This document shows positions 48,314 to 57,327 of a stretch of DNA of 64,000 nt, in pieces. Both the position numbers and the translations under genes were made by a program. The DNA comes from Candidatus Micrarchaeota archaeon (GTDB lineage: Archaea > Micrarchaeota > Micrarchaeia > Anstonellales > Bilamarchaeaceae): the NCBI GenBank assembly GCA_016212525.1, contig JACRGD010000010.1, positions 527,860 through 591,859 on the forward strand. The letters run 5' to 3'. How positions within the stretch are numbered: the first letter of the stretch is position 1; every line of letters starts with the position of its first letter. The notes under the pieces are model-generated. The model did not search any database and was not told the origin of the DNA. It saw only the letters and a list, made by a program, of their open reading frames with translations.

Positions 48314-49534
48314 GTGCAAATTTTCATGGACAATCTTAAGTGGCTCGATTCACGATCAGGAATGAAACTGGGACTCGAGAATATAAAAGCACTCATGAAA
48401 CAGCTTGGAAACCCGCAAAACAAACTTAGATTTATCCATATTGGCGGAACAAACGGCAAGGGATCGACCTGTGCCATGACATTCGCCATTCTAAGAAAAG
48501 CAGGATATTCAGTAGGTATGTTCAGCTCACCCCATTTAGTGCGGCAGAACGAGCGAATTAGAGTAGATGATGAATTGATTTCTGACGCGGACCTATCTCG
48601 CATAGCCGGATCAGTAAGGCAGGAAGTAGAACGATTTGGGTGCACGTATTTCGAAAGCTGGACAGCGATCGCGATACTCTATTTTCTGGAGAAGAAAGTC
48701 GATTTTGTAGTATTTGAGGTCGGACTGGGGGGCAGGCTGGACTCGACCAATATCGTAACACCACTGGTGAGTGCCATTACCAATATCGCCCTGGAACACA
48801 CGGCATTGCTCGGAGACACAACACGAAAAATCGCAGCGGAAAAAGCAGGCATCATAAAACCCGGAATTCCAGTCATTACGGGCGCAGAAGGAGATGCACT
48901 AGAAGTAATTTCAGAAGCGGCAAGGTGCAACGACTCGGAATTAATAGTCTCAAAACCATCAGATATGCCAACCAATATGCTTGGAGATTATCAAAAAGAA
49001 AACGTAGGACTGACACTTGGAATAATCGAAATTTTACGTAAGAAATACATGATAGACATTCCAGAATCAGCAGTTAAAGATGGCCTGAGGAACGTATTTT
49101 GGAGAGGCCGGATGGATTATCTCACTAGCAACATACTCGTTGATGTCGCGCATAACCCACATGGCGTTTTGGCACTAAAGAAAGAGTTGGAGAAACTACG
49201 AACTCAAAAAAAATACAAACGAATCATCATCCTTACAGGAATCCTAAAGGACAAAAAATATGCAGATATGCTTGGCGAACTTTCACCATTTGCCTCAAAA
49301 ATTATTTTCTGCGAGGCCAAAACAGAACGAGCTGCGCCAGCAGAGGAACTCGCAAAATATGTAGTAGGAATAGATAGTCAGATAATCAAAGACGTCAAAG
49401 AAGCATTCAGATTTGCGCAAACCCTAATTTCAAAAGATGACCTGCTGCTCGTAACAGGAAGCATCTACATGGCCGGAGAAGTCTATGAAGAATTTTTAGC
49501 GCAGAACAAGAAACCGGGCCGGGAATCAAGATAG
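48314..49534 (+). CDS. folC: Folylpolyglutamate synthase / dihydrofolate synthase
   Basis: HIGGTNGKGST P-loop of the Mur ligase/FolC family and the overall domain layout. The likely start is ATG 48326. Confidence 0.85.
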   Translation: MQIFMDNLKWLDSRSGMKLGLENIKALMKQLGNPQNKLRFIHIGGTNGKGSTCAMTFAILRKAGYSVGMFSSPHLVRQNERIRVDDELISDADLSRIAGSVRQEVERFGCTYFESWTAIAILYFLEKKVDFVVFEVGLGGRLDSTNIVTPLVSAITNIALEHTALLGDTTRKIAAEKAGIIKPGIPVITGAEGDALEVISEAARCNDSELIVSKPSDMPTNMLGDYQKENVGLTLGIIEILRKKYMIDIPESAVKDGLRNVFWRGRMDYLTSNILVDVAHNPHGVLALKKELEKLRTQKKYKRIIILTGILKDKKYADMLGELSPFASKIIFCEAKTERAAPAEELAKYVVGIDSQIIKDVKEAFRFAQTLISKDDLLLVTGSIYMAGEVYEEFLAQNKKPGRESR

Positions 49535-49594
49535 AATTTTTTGATCTATCCTTGAGGATAATCGGATAGGAGAGCAGGCTGACAATCGAGAGAT

Positions 49595-50245
49595 TCAACC
49601 CTTTTTCATACAATTTTTTAGTATTGAAATGGCTTCCTCATCTTCGACCTGTTCAAACCGTTCGTAGAACTGACCAATTGCGGAAAGATTTTCTGGTACC
49701 AGAAGACAAACGACCTCATCCGCGAGAGTTTTGAGTTTCACAAGTGCAGTGTCCGAACAAACTGGCACGGCAACAATTATTTTTTTAGGATGCTGTTGCC
49801 TAAGCGTCCCGATTGCGGCAAAAATAGTATTTCCGGTAGCAATACCATCATCAACCAGGATGAGGGTTTTTCCACTAAGAGAGGGGAACTTACGCGAACC
49901 GCGGTATTTGGCATAGCGATCTTTTATGAAAAGGGAGAGTTTTTTCTTCTGCTCCTCAAGATATGCAAAAGAGATGGATTTTGCAAAATCGGGATCGATA
50001 CTGCAATTCCCGGTTGCATCAACTGCCCCAATTGCAAACTCCGGATTATGGGGATGTGGGATTTTTTTAGTTACTATAATGTCAAGAGGCAGATCGAGTC
50101 GTTCATGTAAAATCTGGCCAATCTGCAGAGCGCCTCTTGGAATGGCAAGAATGAGTGCATCGCTCTTACGATATTGGCTTAAGTTCTGGGCGAGTAATTC
50201 ACCCGCATCAAAACGATCATGAAACATAAATAGAATATTAGACAA
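49595..50245 (-). CDS. Phosphoribosyltransferase-family protein
   Basis: LILVDDGIATGNT PRPP-binding motif. Confidence 0.75.
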   Translation of the reverse strand: MSNILFMFHDRFDAGELLAQNLSQYRKSDALILAIPRGALQIGQILHERLDLPLDIIVTKKIPHPHNPEFAIGAVDATGNCSIDPDFAKSISFAYLEEQKKKLSLFIKDRYAKYRGSRKFPSLSGKTLILVDDGIATGNTIFAAIGTLRQQHPKKIIVAVPVCSDTALVKLKTLADEVVCLLVPENLSAIGQFYERFEQVEDEEAISILKNCMKKG

Positions 50246-50263
50246 CTGAGGATAAATACATGC

Positions 50264-51490
50264 CTAAGATAAGAGGCCGCTCAATGCTGCTAGCAATTGA
50301 GGTCGTCCTGCAAGAATTTTGGCAACTGGACCGGCAAACTTGCCATTCATGATTTCAGGCAGATCTTTTTCATTTATCGAATTGAAAACATGATTAAAGT
50401 CATCATCGCTGACTTTCTCAAGAACTTTCCTCAATTTGAGCCGGTGTGCCGCAGTAACTCCAGTCGTTGCACGCCACTCCTTCTCATATGGATAGAGGAC
50501 ATTTTTAGAGAAATCTTTTTTCTTATGCGCATCGATTGCAACCTTGGCAGCCATTACTCCAGCTTCCATTGCCATTCCGATTCCACCGCCATGAATAGGA
50601 TCGACCTGTTTTGCAGCAGTACCGATGACCATGGCATTGTCTTTTACAAATTCGTTGATTGGTGCACCAACTGAAATGACTCCGCCAAAATCGAGCAGCG
50701 AACTTGCATTCTGGAGCTGCTTGTCTTTTTCAATAAATTCATCGAGCAAAATTTTCGGATCTGCTCCCTTGATGCCGCCGCGTTTTTCCCCATTGGCAAT
50801 GTTCGCACCAATACCGATTCCGACATTTGCTTTTTTGTCAGCCTTAGGAAATATCCAGACATAACCTCTAGGTGCAATCTGATTTCCAAAATACAGCTCG
50901 ATCAGATTTTCATGATCATAAGGCTTCATTTCATATTCATAACACGTATCAACATCATAGAGGGCATGAACCGTCTTAAAACCCATTGCCCTTGCCATCA
51001 AAGATTCCATTCCTTCGGCAGAAACGATCAATGGTGCAGTAATATCATATGGCTCACGACCGCCATGAGTAACTTTTACTCCGCAGAGCTTTCCCTTCTC
51101 GTCCTTTAAAACCTCGGTTGCCCGGCTATAAGTCTTAACTGTCGCGCCCTTTTCGACCGCCAGTTCGGCAAGCCATTTGTCAAAGAATTTTCGCTCAAGC
51201 ACATAGCCGCGCGTATCTTCTGCAACCCATTTGATTGCCTTGCCATTTGGACCAACTATTTTCGCACCATCGACAACCAGCGAGTAGCAGTGTTTTGGAA
51301 TGTCCAGATCTTGTTTTATTATTTCGCCAAGGCCCAGAGCCTCACCACAGCGTACAGGAACTCCGATTTCTTTTCGCTTATCAATGACCATGACATTTAG
51401 GCCTGCACCTGCGGCAATTCTTGAAAAACAGCTTCCTGCAGGACCGGCACCTATGACAATGACATCATAATCGTAATTTTTGGAAGTCAT
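50264..51490 (-). CDS. Geranylgeranyl reductase family flavoprotein
   Basis: YDVIVIGAGPAGS...VMVIDKRKEIGVPVRCGE, typical of archaeal GGR. Confidence 0.85.
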   Translation of the reverse strand: MTSKNYDYDVIVIGAGPAGSCFSRIAAGAGLNVMVIDKRKEIGVPVRCGEALGLGEIIKQDLDIPKHCYSLVVDGAKIVGPNGKAIKWVAEDTRGYVLERKFFDKWLAELAVEKGATVKTYSRATEVLKDEKGKLCGVKVTHGGREPYDITAPLIVSAEGMESLMARAMGFKTVHALYDVDTCYEYEMKPYDHENLIELYFGNQIAPRGYVWIFPKADKKANVGIGIGANIANGEKRGGIKGADPKILLDEFIEKDKQLQNASSLLDFGGVISVGAPINEFVKDNAMVIGTAAKQVDPIHGGGIGMAMEAGVMAAKVAIDAHKKKDFSKNVLYPYEKEWRATTGVTAAHRLKLRKVLEKVSDDDFNHVFNSINEKDLPEIMNGKFAGPVAKILAGRPQLLAALSGLLS

Positions 51491-51507
51491 TTTATCGCCT
51501 ATAAAAG

Positions 51508-51726
51508 TTATCCGTACTCCGCATCAGGGGGAAGTGCTTTTGCATCTTTTATTCCCTTGTACATCTGAATCACATTTGCCGGACACGCACGGACACACAG
51601 GCCGCAGTCGATACATTTGTCCGAGAAGTGCTCCATCCGGGTTCCTACAACTTCGATTGCATTTGTCGGACAGACAGATGAGCAACCGACACATAGGATA
51701 CAACCATCGTGCTTTATAGTAATCAT
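51508..51726 (-). CDS. 2x[4Fe-4S] ferredoxin
   Basis: CILCVGCSSVCP and CIDCGLCVRACP motifs. It lies directly upstream of the GGR gene in the same orientation. Confidence 0.8.
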   Translation of the reverse strand: MITIKHDGCILCVGCSSVCPTNAIEVVGTRMEHFSDKCIDCGLCVRACPANVIQMYKGIKDAKALPPDAEYG

Positions 51727-51832
51727 AATAATCGCTAACTTATCGTTAGCCGAAGCTTAAATAAAAAGATTCCTTTGAAAAAACGAGCAGGATTCTCTCT
51801 AAAGTACAGTGTCCTTATATGAAATAATATGG

Positions 51833-51841
51833 TTTATAAAT
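51833..51841. promoter_or_regulatory. Archaeal TATA box TTTATAAAT, 25 nt upstream of ATG 51866
   Basis: Read directly. The position implies a leaderless or near-leaderless transcript. Confidence 0.6.
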
Positions 51842-51865
51842 CATTCTTGGCATCAGAATAGTTCC

Positions 51866-53398
51866 ATGTTCAAACCAGGAGAGCCAAGAATACGCGCAGG
51901 ACGGGATGCTTTTGGCAACTTATTATATCGTAGAGGCTTGTTCGAAAAGGCTGCAGAAGCATTTAGATGCGCTGGATCAGAGTTTGAAGCAAGGGCAGAT
52001 CGGATAGAGCGAAATTTACAAACACTCAAAGACGCCCATTTTCTAATGGACCTCAAGCTTCATTCAAGGGCTGCGCGGTGTTTAGTTGATGCGGATTTAG
52101 TCGAAGAAGCAGGCGAATTTGCCCGAAAGATCAAATACGTAAACACCAAAGAAGGTGCACTCTCACGCGCAATAGTCGCGATCAAAAAGGGAGATCATGG
52201 AGCCGCGGAAGCAGAGGCACAGGAAACGGACATATGTCAGGATTCCCATGGACATTATATAGCAGCGATAGTTCGAACGGGATACGAACCAGAACGAGCC
52301 AGAGAAAAAGCAGAAGAATTTCTTGGATATGGATCAGTGCAGGAAAACGCAGAAGAGATATATTACGCACTAAAAATATTTCAAAAGCTTAATGACTTGG
52401 ATCGGGCAAATCAAGCACTGATCGAACTCGAGGAATTGAGTTCCAAATCTGCAGAAAACAAAACATTCTATTGTGCCGGACTTCTTAGCGTCGGTGGAAA
52501 AGAAGCAATAATTCAAAAGAAGGACCAGCTGATGGAAGGTGAATTCTTTGTCCAAACGCTCGTCATTGTCAGACTCTCCACGGCAGATATTGATACGCTC
52601 ATATTAGAATTAGAGCGAATTTACTCACCTTCTGAGGATGAAGAATGCATAGCTGCATATACGGAAGCAATAAACTGCGCATCTGAGGCATCCGGTTTTG
52701 AATGTCCCCTCCTTGGAGTCAATGGACTGCGGGCGCTTGCAACTGCCCGACAAATAAGAGTGGACCGGATAGAAAATCGAGAGGAATTCACATTTAAAAC
52801 TATCGAACGCATACTTAGCGGACCTCGAAATCTAGAGAAGATCAGGGAAGCCGCAGACATACTCCAATCCATAGAGGATACCAGATCTGAAAGATCCCAG
52901 AATGCAGCATTAAAAATTGCAGAAGCAGCGGCGACATTGGAGGATTTGGAAGCTCAGGAACTTGCCAGAACACTATTCGAAACGATACATAGGCCATCAG
53001 AAGCACTTGATTGCGTAAGACGAATGATGAAAGCAGGCGGATCAGAAGAGTTAGAAGACCACTTTGAGCGGCTTGCAAGACAGCTTGAGCCCCAAGCGGA
53101 GATTCTGGCAGCACGGGAAATGTACAACCGAAATAAATTCATCACAATAAATCTATTACTGGATGCAGGTGAGAATTACGAAGCGAACCAGATTGCAAGA
53201 AAAATAATAGAAAGCGGAACAGTTGAGGAACTAGAGATGCTCGGATACGCAATCGCTCGGGGAACTTCACCATTAGCAGGAAAACACAGTCAGATGTTAC
53301 AAGAGATACTAAGAGGACTGGAGGAAAAAGGAGCAGCAAATACTGCAGAGGAAATACGGGTTACAATGCGAATACCCAGAATATACGCAGTTCAGTGA
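51866..53398 (+). CDS. Hypothetical alpha-helical protein
   Basis: ATG 51866 lies 25 nt downstream of TTTATAAAT (51833-51841). The ORF-track start at 51809 would precede that promoter. Confidence 0.6.
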   Translation: MFKPGEPRIRAGRDAFGNLLYRRGLFEKAAEAFRCAGSEFEARADRIERNLQTLKDAHFLMDLKLHSRAARCLVDADLVEEAGEFARKIKYVNTKEGALSRAIVAIKKGDHGAAEAEAQETDICQDSHGHYIAAIVRTGYEPERAREKAEEFLGYGSVQENAEEIYYALKIFQKLNDLDRANQALIELEELSSKSAENKTFYCAGLLSVGGKEAIIQKKDQLMEGEFFVQTLVIVRLSTADIDTLILELERIYSPSEDEECIAAYTEAINCASEASGFECPLLGVNGLRALATARQIRVDRIENREEFTFKTIERILSGPRNLEKIREAADILQSIEDTRSERSQNAALKIAEAAATLEDLEAQELARTLFETIHRPSEALDCVRRMMKAGGSEELEDHFERLARQLEPQAEILAAREMYNRNKFITINLLLDAGENYEANQIARKIIESGTVEELEMLGYAIARGTSPLAGKHSQMLQEILRGLEEKGAANTAEEIRVTMRIPRIYAVQ

Positions 53399-54111
53399 GA
53401 AACCACAAAAACCAGAGAAGCGGGTTTTGCTTCGCTTAATGCTAACTCAATAGTCAGATCATTATCTTGAGCGAACCGACGTATGTAGAATCGTATTGCA
53501 TTAAGCACAGCATCCACAGGAATATCAGTTCGAATTTTCGGAAGATCTGGGTAAACGGTATTGAGCCAGGCTGATCGGAAACATACAACAGTGCTCCCGC
53601 GATGTGCAGTGGCAATGTCTTTCCAGGCATCAAAGAGTTCTTTCTCAGGATGCGAAATCAAAACTACATCTGCGGCAGACAAAACCAGAGAAGGCGCAAG
53701 ATCCGAATATTTTGCCCTAACAAAAGTCGCAAGTCGAGTTGGACTTGGAAAATAACGGTTAGCAGAATCCAAACCAACTGCAGACCGATCAGCCAGGACA
53801 GAAAAGGCCAGCGATGCCAGACCGGCGCCACAACCCAGATCGACTAAGCGACCAACAGATCGGGCCGCACAGACTGCGCCAAGCATACATTGTTCTTCTG
53901 CAGAAGAGAAAAATACTTCTTGAGGCAATTCACCAAATGAAAAACCTTCTGATTCGAAGTGAGATTTATACATAGCCAAATGTCTTCTCATATGTATAGA
54001 AGTAGCTCTACCAAAAACAGGTATATCTGAACCCCCAGGCCTGCCAGACCAACAAACTTTCGACTGGTCCGCAGGTCGAATTAGATCTCTAAATGCAGCT
54101 GCCTTAAGCAT
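53392..54111 (-). CDS. Putative SAM-dependent methyltransferase-like protein, Lys-poor
   Basis: LVDLGCGAGLASL resembles SAM motif I. Nothing else is recognisable. Confidence 0.45.
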   Translation of the reverse strand: MLKAAAFRDLIRPADQSKVCWSGRPGGSDIPVFGRATSIHMRRHLAMYKSHFESEGFSFGELPQEVFFSSAEEQCMLGAVCAARSVGRLVDLGCGAGLASLAFSVLADRSAVGLDSANRYFPSPTRLATFVRAKYSDLAPSLVLSAADVVLISHPEKELFDAWKDIATAHRGSTVVCFRSAWLNTVYPDLPKIRTDIPVDAVLNAIRFYIRRFAQDNDLTIELALSEAKPASLVFVVSH

Positions 54112-54166
54112 GCAGAAAATAATCCTAGAAATGGTTTATTAACACATAAGTTTATGAAAAACAACA

Positions 54167-55378
54167 TTAATTTGGAAGCCGCAAAAGCAAAGCATCTTCG
54201 GCACCAGCGCCATCGCTCCAGGTTCCGCCGGCAATAAGAATCGAGTCGCTTGTAATGATGGCACCATGTGCAATTTCCTTGTGATCTTTGCCCCAAAAAG
54301 AAGTGTTGAGAAGATTGCCATCAGTATCGAATTTGAGGATGACAATATCACCATTTTGACCAAAGCTTTCGCTCTGACCTACCACATAAACAAATCCGTC
54401 TTTTAGAAGCACTGTGCGCGATGCCTCACCCTTATTGCCACCCCAGGTTCTGCTCCAGATCTCCTGACCGGATTTATCATATTTGACAAGACCGATCTGA
54501 CCCCCGTCTTTGAGATTTGGGACAATTCCAACGGCATAGAGGAAATGGTCATCTGCAGTCAAACCAAGCGCATCAGCACCATAGGTAAAACTGGTCTTGT
54601 TCCAGAAATAATTGCCATTTTTATCAAAAGCAAACAGCGTCCAGTAACCACCCAGGGCATAGGCTTCACCCGAGAGCAGACCAGCAACGTAAATGCGATC
54701 ATTATCAACGATCATTTCGCCATTTTGTTCATCGTGCTTAGAAGTCCCAAAAGTCGCGTTCCAGAGCAGGTTACCATTCTTATCATATTTAGCAAGGAAC
54801 AGATCGATCGAGGAATTCTTTCCCTCGCTCCAGCCAGATACATAGATACCATCAGATCGGATTTCCAGTCCATCGATTTCTTCGTAGCCAAAACCCCGAT
54901 CGAATGTTTTATTCCAAAGAACATTGCCGTTTTCACTAAGTGCAAAAAGAAGGGCATCTGCGGATTTTGGATCAAGCATGGATTTGTATGTTGAACCTGC
55001 ACCATAAAGGATCGAATCGGCAATCTTAAGGCCGTACAATTGATCATTAAACGAACCACCAATGCGGGTTTTCCAGACTTCGTTCCAAAGCGGATCGAGT
55101 TTGCGTACATATATGTCAGTAAAGGGACCCGGAACAGCTTCATAAGATCCGAAATAGACATTCGAATTATCGTCAGTAGTAACTGCCCAGGCCTGATCTG
55201 TTCCCCGAGCGCCAAAAGTTTTGAAAGAAGTTGAGTTTAGAGGTATCACTGAAGGGCTTTGGATATTGGAAATTGAACCGTTTAGAGGAGACAATTTCTT
55301 TGTGCAACCCAAAGAAAGCAAACACAACACAATTAGCAGAATGACAAATTTTCGCATCAAGATAGACTTAGAACACAA
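54167..55378 (-). CDS. Secreted or lipoprotein-like beta-propeller repeat protein
   Basis: The signal peptide ends in LLSLGC. Units of the form NGN.LWN.TFG...D...G...D....Y..G recur at least six times. Confidence 0.7.
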   Translation of the reverse strand: MCSKSILMRKFVILLIVLCLLSLGCTKKLSPLNGSISNIQSPSVIPLNSTSFKTFGARGTDQAWAVTTDDNSNVYFGSYEAVPGPFTDIYVRKLDPLWNEVWKTRIGGSFNDQLYGLKIADSILYGAGSTYKSMLDPKSADALLFALSENGNVLWNKTFDRGFGYEEIDGLEIRSDGIYVSGWSEGKNSSIDLFLAKYDKNGNLLWNATFGTSKHDEQNGEMIVDNDRIYVAGLLSGEAYALGGYWTLFAFDKNGNYFWNKTSFTYGADALGLTADDHFLYAVGIVPNLKDGGQIGLVKYDKSGQEIWSRTWGGNKGEASRTVLLKDGFVYVVGQSESFGQNGDIVILKFDTDGNLLNTSFWGKDHKEIAHGAIITSDSILIAGGTWSDGAGAEDALLLRLPN

Positions 55379-55430
55379 GGAATAAAATGAGGTAAGAATT
55401 TGGGAAAAAGAGAAAACGAGAAGAAAAAAT

Positions 55431-55636
55431 TGGGCCTGTGGAGAGCCGCAGAATCTTGATCCGAAGATCGAGACTCTTTTGAATTCCGGAAACTCTTTAC
55501 GAGTTGGTTTTTGATTAAACTTTTTCCTAAAAAGTTTACTCCAGACCTACGGCTTTCCTAGGCGCTCAGTTTGTGAAAACTGAACTAGATCGTGTCGTAT
55601 AAGACCGTCGCTCTAGCCAAGCTGAGCTACAGGCCC
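55431..55636 (-). tRNA. tRNA-Ile (UAU)-like gene with a 43-nt intron at 37/38 and a 95-nt segment between the T-stem strands
   Basis: The reverse complement reads GGGCCTG-TA-GCTC/AGCTTGGCTA/GAGC-G-ACGGT-CTTATA, then the intron (55555-55597), then A-GCCGT-AGGTC-TGGAG, then 95 nt (55444-55538), then CTCCA-CAGGCCC-A. The anticodon-region BHB has central helix CUUA/UAGG and a 3' bulge of AAA. Confidence 0.65.
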
Positions 55637-55680
55637 AATCAAAAGAACTTAGCCAATAACGGTTTTTAAAATAAGAGGAA

Positions 55681-56271
55681 TCATTCCGAATCCGCATAAG
55701 CAAGGATTTCCGCTAGAGAACTGAAAGAGCATGCAATAATCTCTGATTCGTTGGAGTCGCGCTTTAGCAGATTCAGAACAATCTTGCGCGCAGCGGCCTG
55801 AATGATTAAAATAGTCGACCGACGAGATAATTGAATAGTAGCAGATAGATCAGAGCCAAGATCGGAAACAAGCTTAGTTTCGATAGAAGAGTACATAGCC
55901 GAGCCAGGACCGGAGAACTCGAAATCCGCAAAGATGCATTCATAGAGAGAAGAACCCATAAGGGATTCGCGCAGCATAGCACCCGTCGTTCGAAGAGATT
56001 TGAATTTTGTATATAGACCAGTCACTGCTCCAGAGACTTCAAGTTCATTAAAACCAGAAATTCTTGAACTTTCCTTAAGCGCAGATTTGGCAGCAGTAAC
56101 AGCAGAACTAAGAGCGAACTGGGAATATGCAAAAATACGGATTTTTGGATCTAAAGATTCATCACTAATTGCCCTTGCGCAAAGCTCGAGCTGCGGATCA
56201 TTAAAATGCATAATAGCCCGAACGCAAATACATGCTCGCCGGGAGGGAGAATAGATTTGGTGAAGCGGCAT
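55681..56271 (-). CDS. Hypothetical protein
   Basis: 196-aa ORF. No motif recognised. Confidence 0.5.
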   Translation of the reverse strand: MPLHQIYSPSRRACICVRAIMHFNDPQLELCARAISDESLDPKIRIFAYSQFALSSAVTAAKSALKESSRISGFNELEVSGAVTGLYTKFKSLRTTGAMLRESLMGSSLYECIFADFEFSGPGSAMYSSIETKLVSDLGSDLSATIQLSRRSTILIIQAAARKIVLNLLKRDSNESEIIACSFSSLAEILAYADSE

Positions 56272-56382
56272 CAGCCGAAATAGGTAAGATAGATGTTTTA
56301 AAGTGTTAGCAGGTGGTGAAAACTGCGATTCTTATTCGAAGAAGGGCGCATTTTTATCTTTTTTCAACCAAAGCTAGATCAT

Positions 56383-57225
56383 ATGTACAAAACTCTTTCT
56401 GGAAAAGAACCCTCAGCCGGAGTACTAGAGAGCTCAAAGCGCATCGTAGCGAACATGAAAAGAAAACCCCATTTAGTCATAGTTTTAGTCGGAAGCGATC
56501 CGGCATCCGAAGTTTATGTTCGAAAGAAAATCGAAAAGGCCCAGGCAGTTGGAATAAGGGCCAGCCTAGAGAAACTCGAGAACGAGGCCAACGAATCAGA
56601 CGTCCTTAAATTAGTAGAAAAACTCAACAAGGACAAAGACGTGGACGGCTTTATTGTCCAATCTCCGCTGCCACCCCAGATAGATCAGATGAAAGTTACC
56701 GAAGCGATAGATCCTAAAAAAGATGTTGATGGCTGGACTTCAACTAATATAGGCCGCATGATCCTGGGAATGTCAGAAACATTCCTTCCCGCAACTCCGA
56801 TTGGAATAATGAAAATGCTCGAATATTATGGTGTTGAAATAGCAGGCAAAAACGTAGTTGTTGTGGGCAGGGGTAATGTAGTTGGAAAACCACTCTCGTA
56901 CCTGATGCTCGCCAAAGATGCAACAGTTACGATTTGTCATTCTCGAACTAAGAATCTAAAACAGCACACACAGAATGCTGATATTTTGATTGCCGCGGCA
57001 GGAAGAGCGAGACTCATAACTGCAGAGCATGTCAAAGAAGGCGCATACGTAATCGATGTCGGAACCAGCAAACTCGGAGATAAGATAGTAGGCGATGTTG
57101 ATTTCGAAAATGTGATCAAGAAAGCACACTGCTCTCCGGTTCCAGGTGGAGTCGGACCCATGACCGTTTCGATGCTGATTTCAAATGTAATTGAAGCAGC
57201 GATAAGGAAGGGAGAAAACAGATAA
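56383..57225 (+). CDS. folD: Bifunctional methylenetetrahydrofolate dehydrogenase/cyclohydrolase
   Basis: PHLVIVLVGSDPASEVYVRKK, VDGF, VVVVGRGNVVGKP and PVPGGVGPMT motifs. Confidence 0.9.
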   Translation: MYKTLSGKEPSAGVLESSKRIVANMKRKPHLVIVLVGSDPASEVYVRKKIEKAQAVGIRASLEKLENEANESDVLKLVEKLNKDKDVDGFIVQSPLPPQIDQMKVTEAIDPKKDVDGWTSTNIGRMILGMSETFLPATPIGIMKMLEYYGVEIAGKNVVVVGRGNVVGKPLSYLMLAKDATVTICHSRTKNLKQHTQNADILIAAAGRARLITAEHVKEGAYVIDVGTSKLGDKIVGDVDFENVIKKAHCSPVPGGVGPMTVSMLISNVIEAAIRKGENR

Positions 57226-57296
57226 CTACTAAACCACACCCGGAGTTTAAGTTTAGTCAAATTTTTCCTAATATTGAGTTTAATTAAAGTCTGGTA

Positions 57297-57305
57297 TTTA
57301 TAAAT
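57297..57305. promoter_or_regulatory. Archaeal TATA box TTTATAAAT, 22 nt upstream of ATG 57328
   Basis: Read directly. Confidence 0.6.
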
Positions 57306-57327
57306 ATTTCGGATCAAAAAGAGTAAT

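Noticed and set aside
54545-55215. ORFs 54545..54994 (+) and 54712..55215 (-, alternative frame) within the beta-propeller gene
   Set aside because: These are shadow frames of a repeat-rich gene that has a clear signal peptide and periodic repeats.
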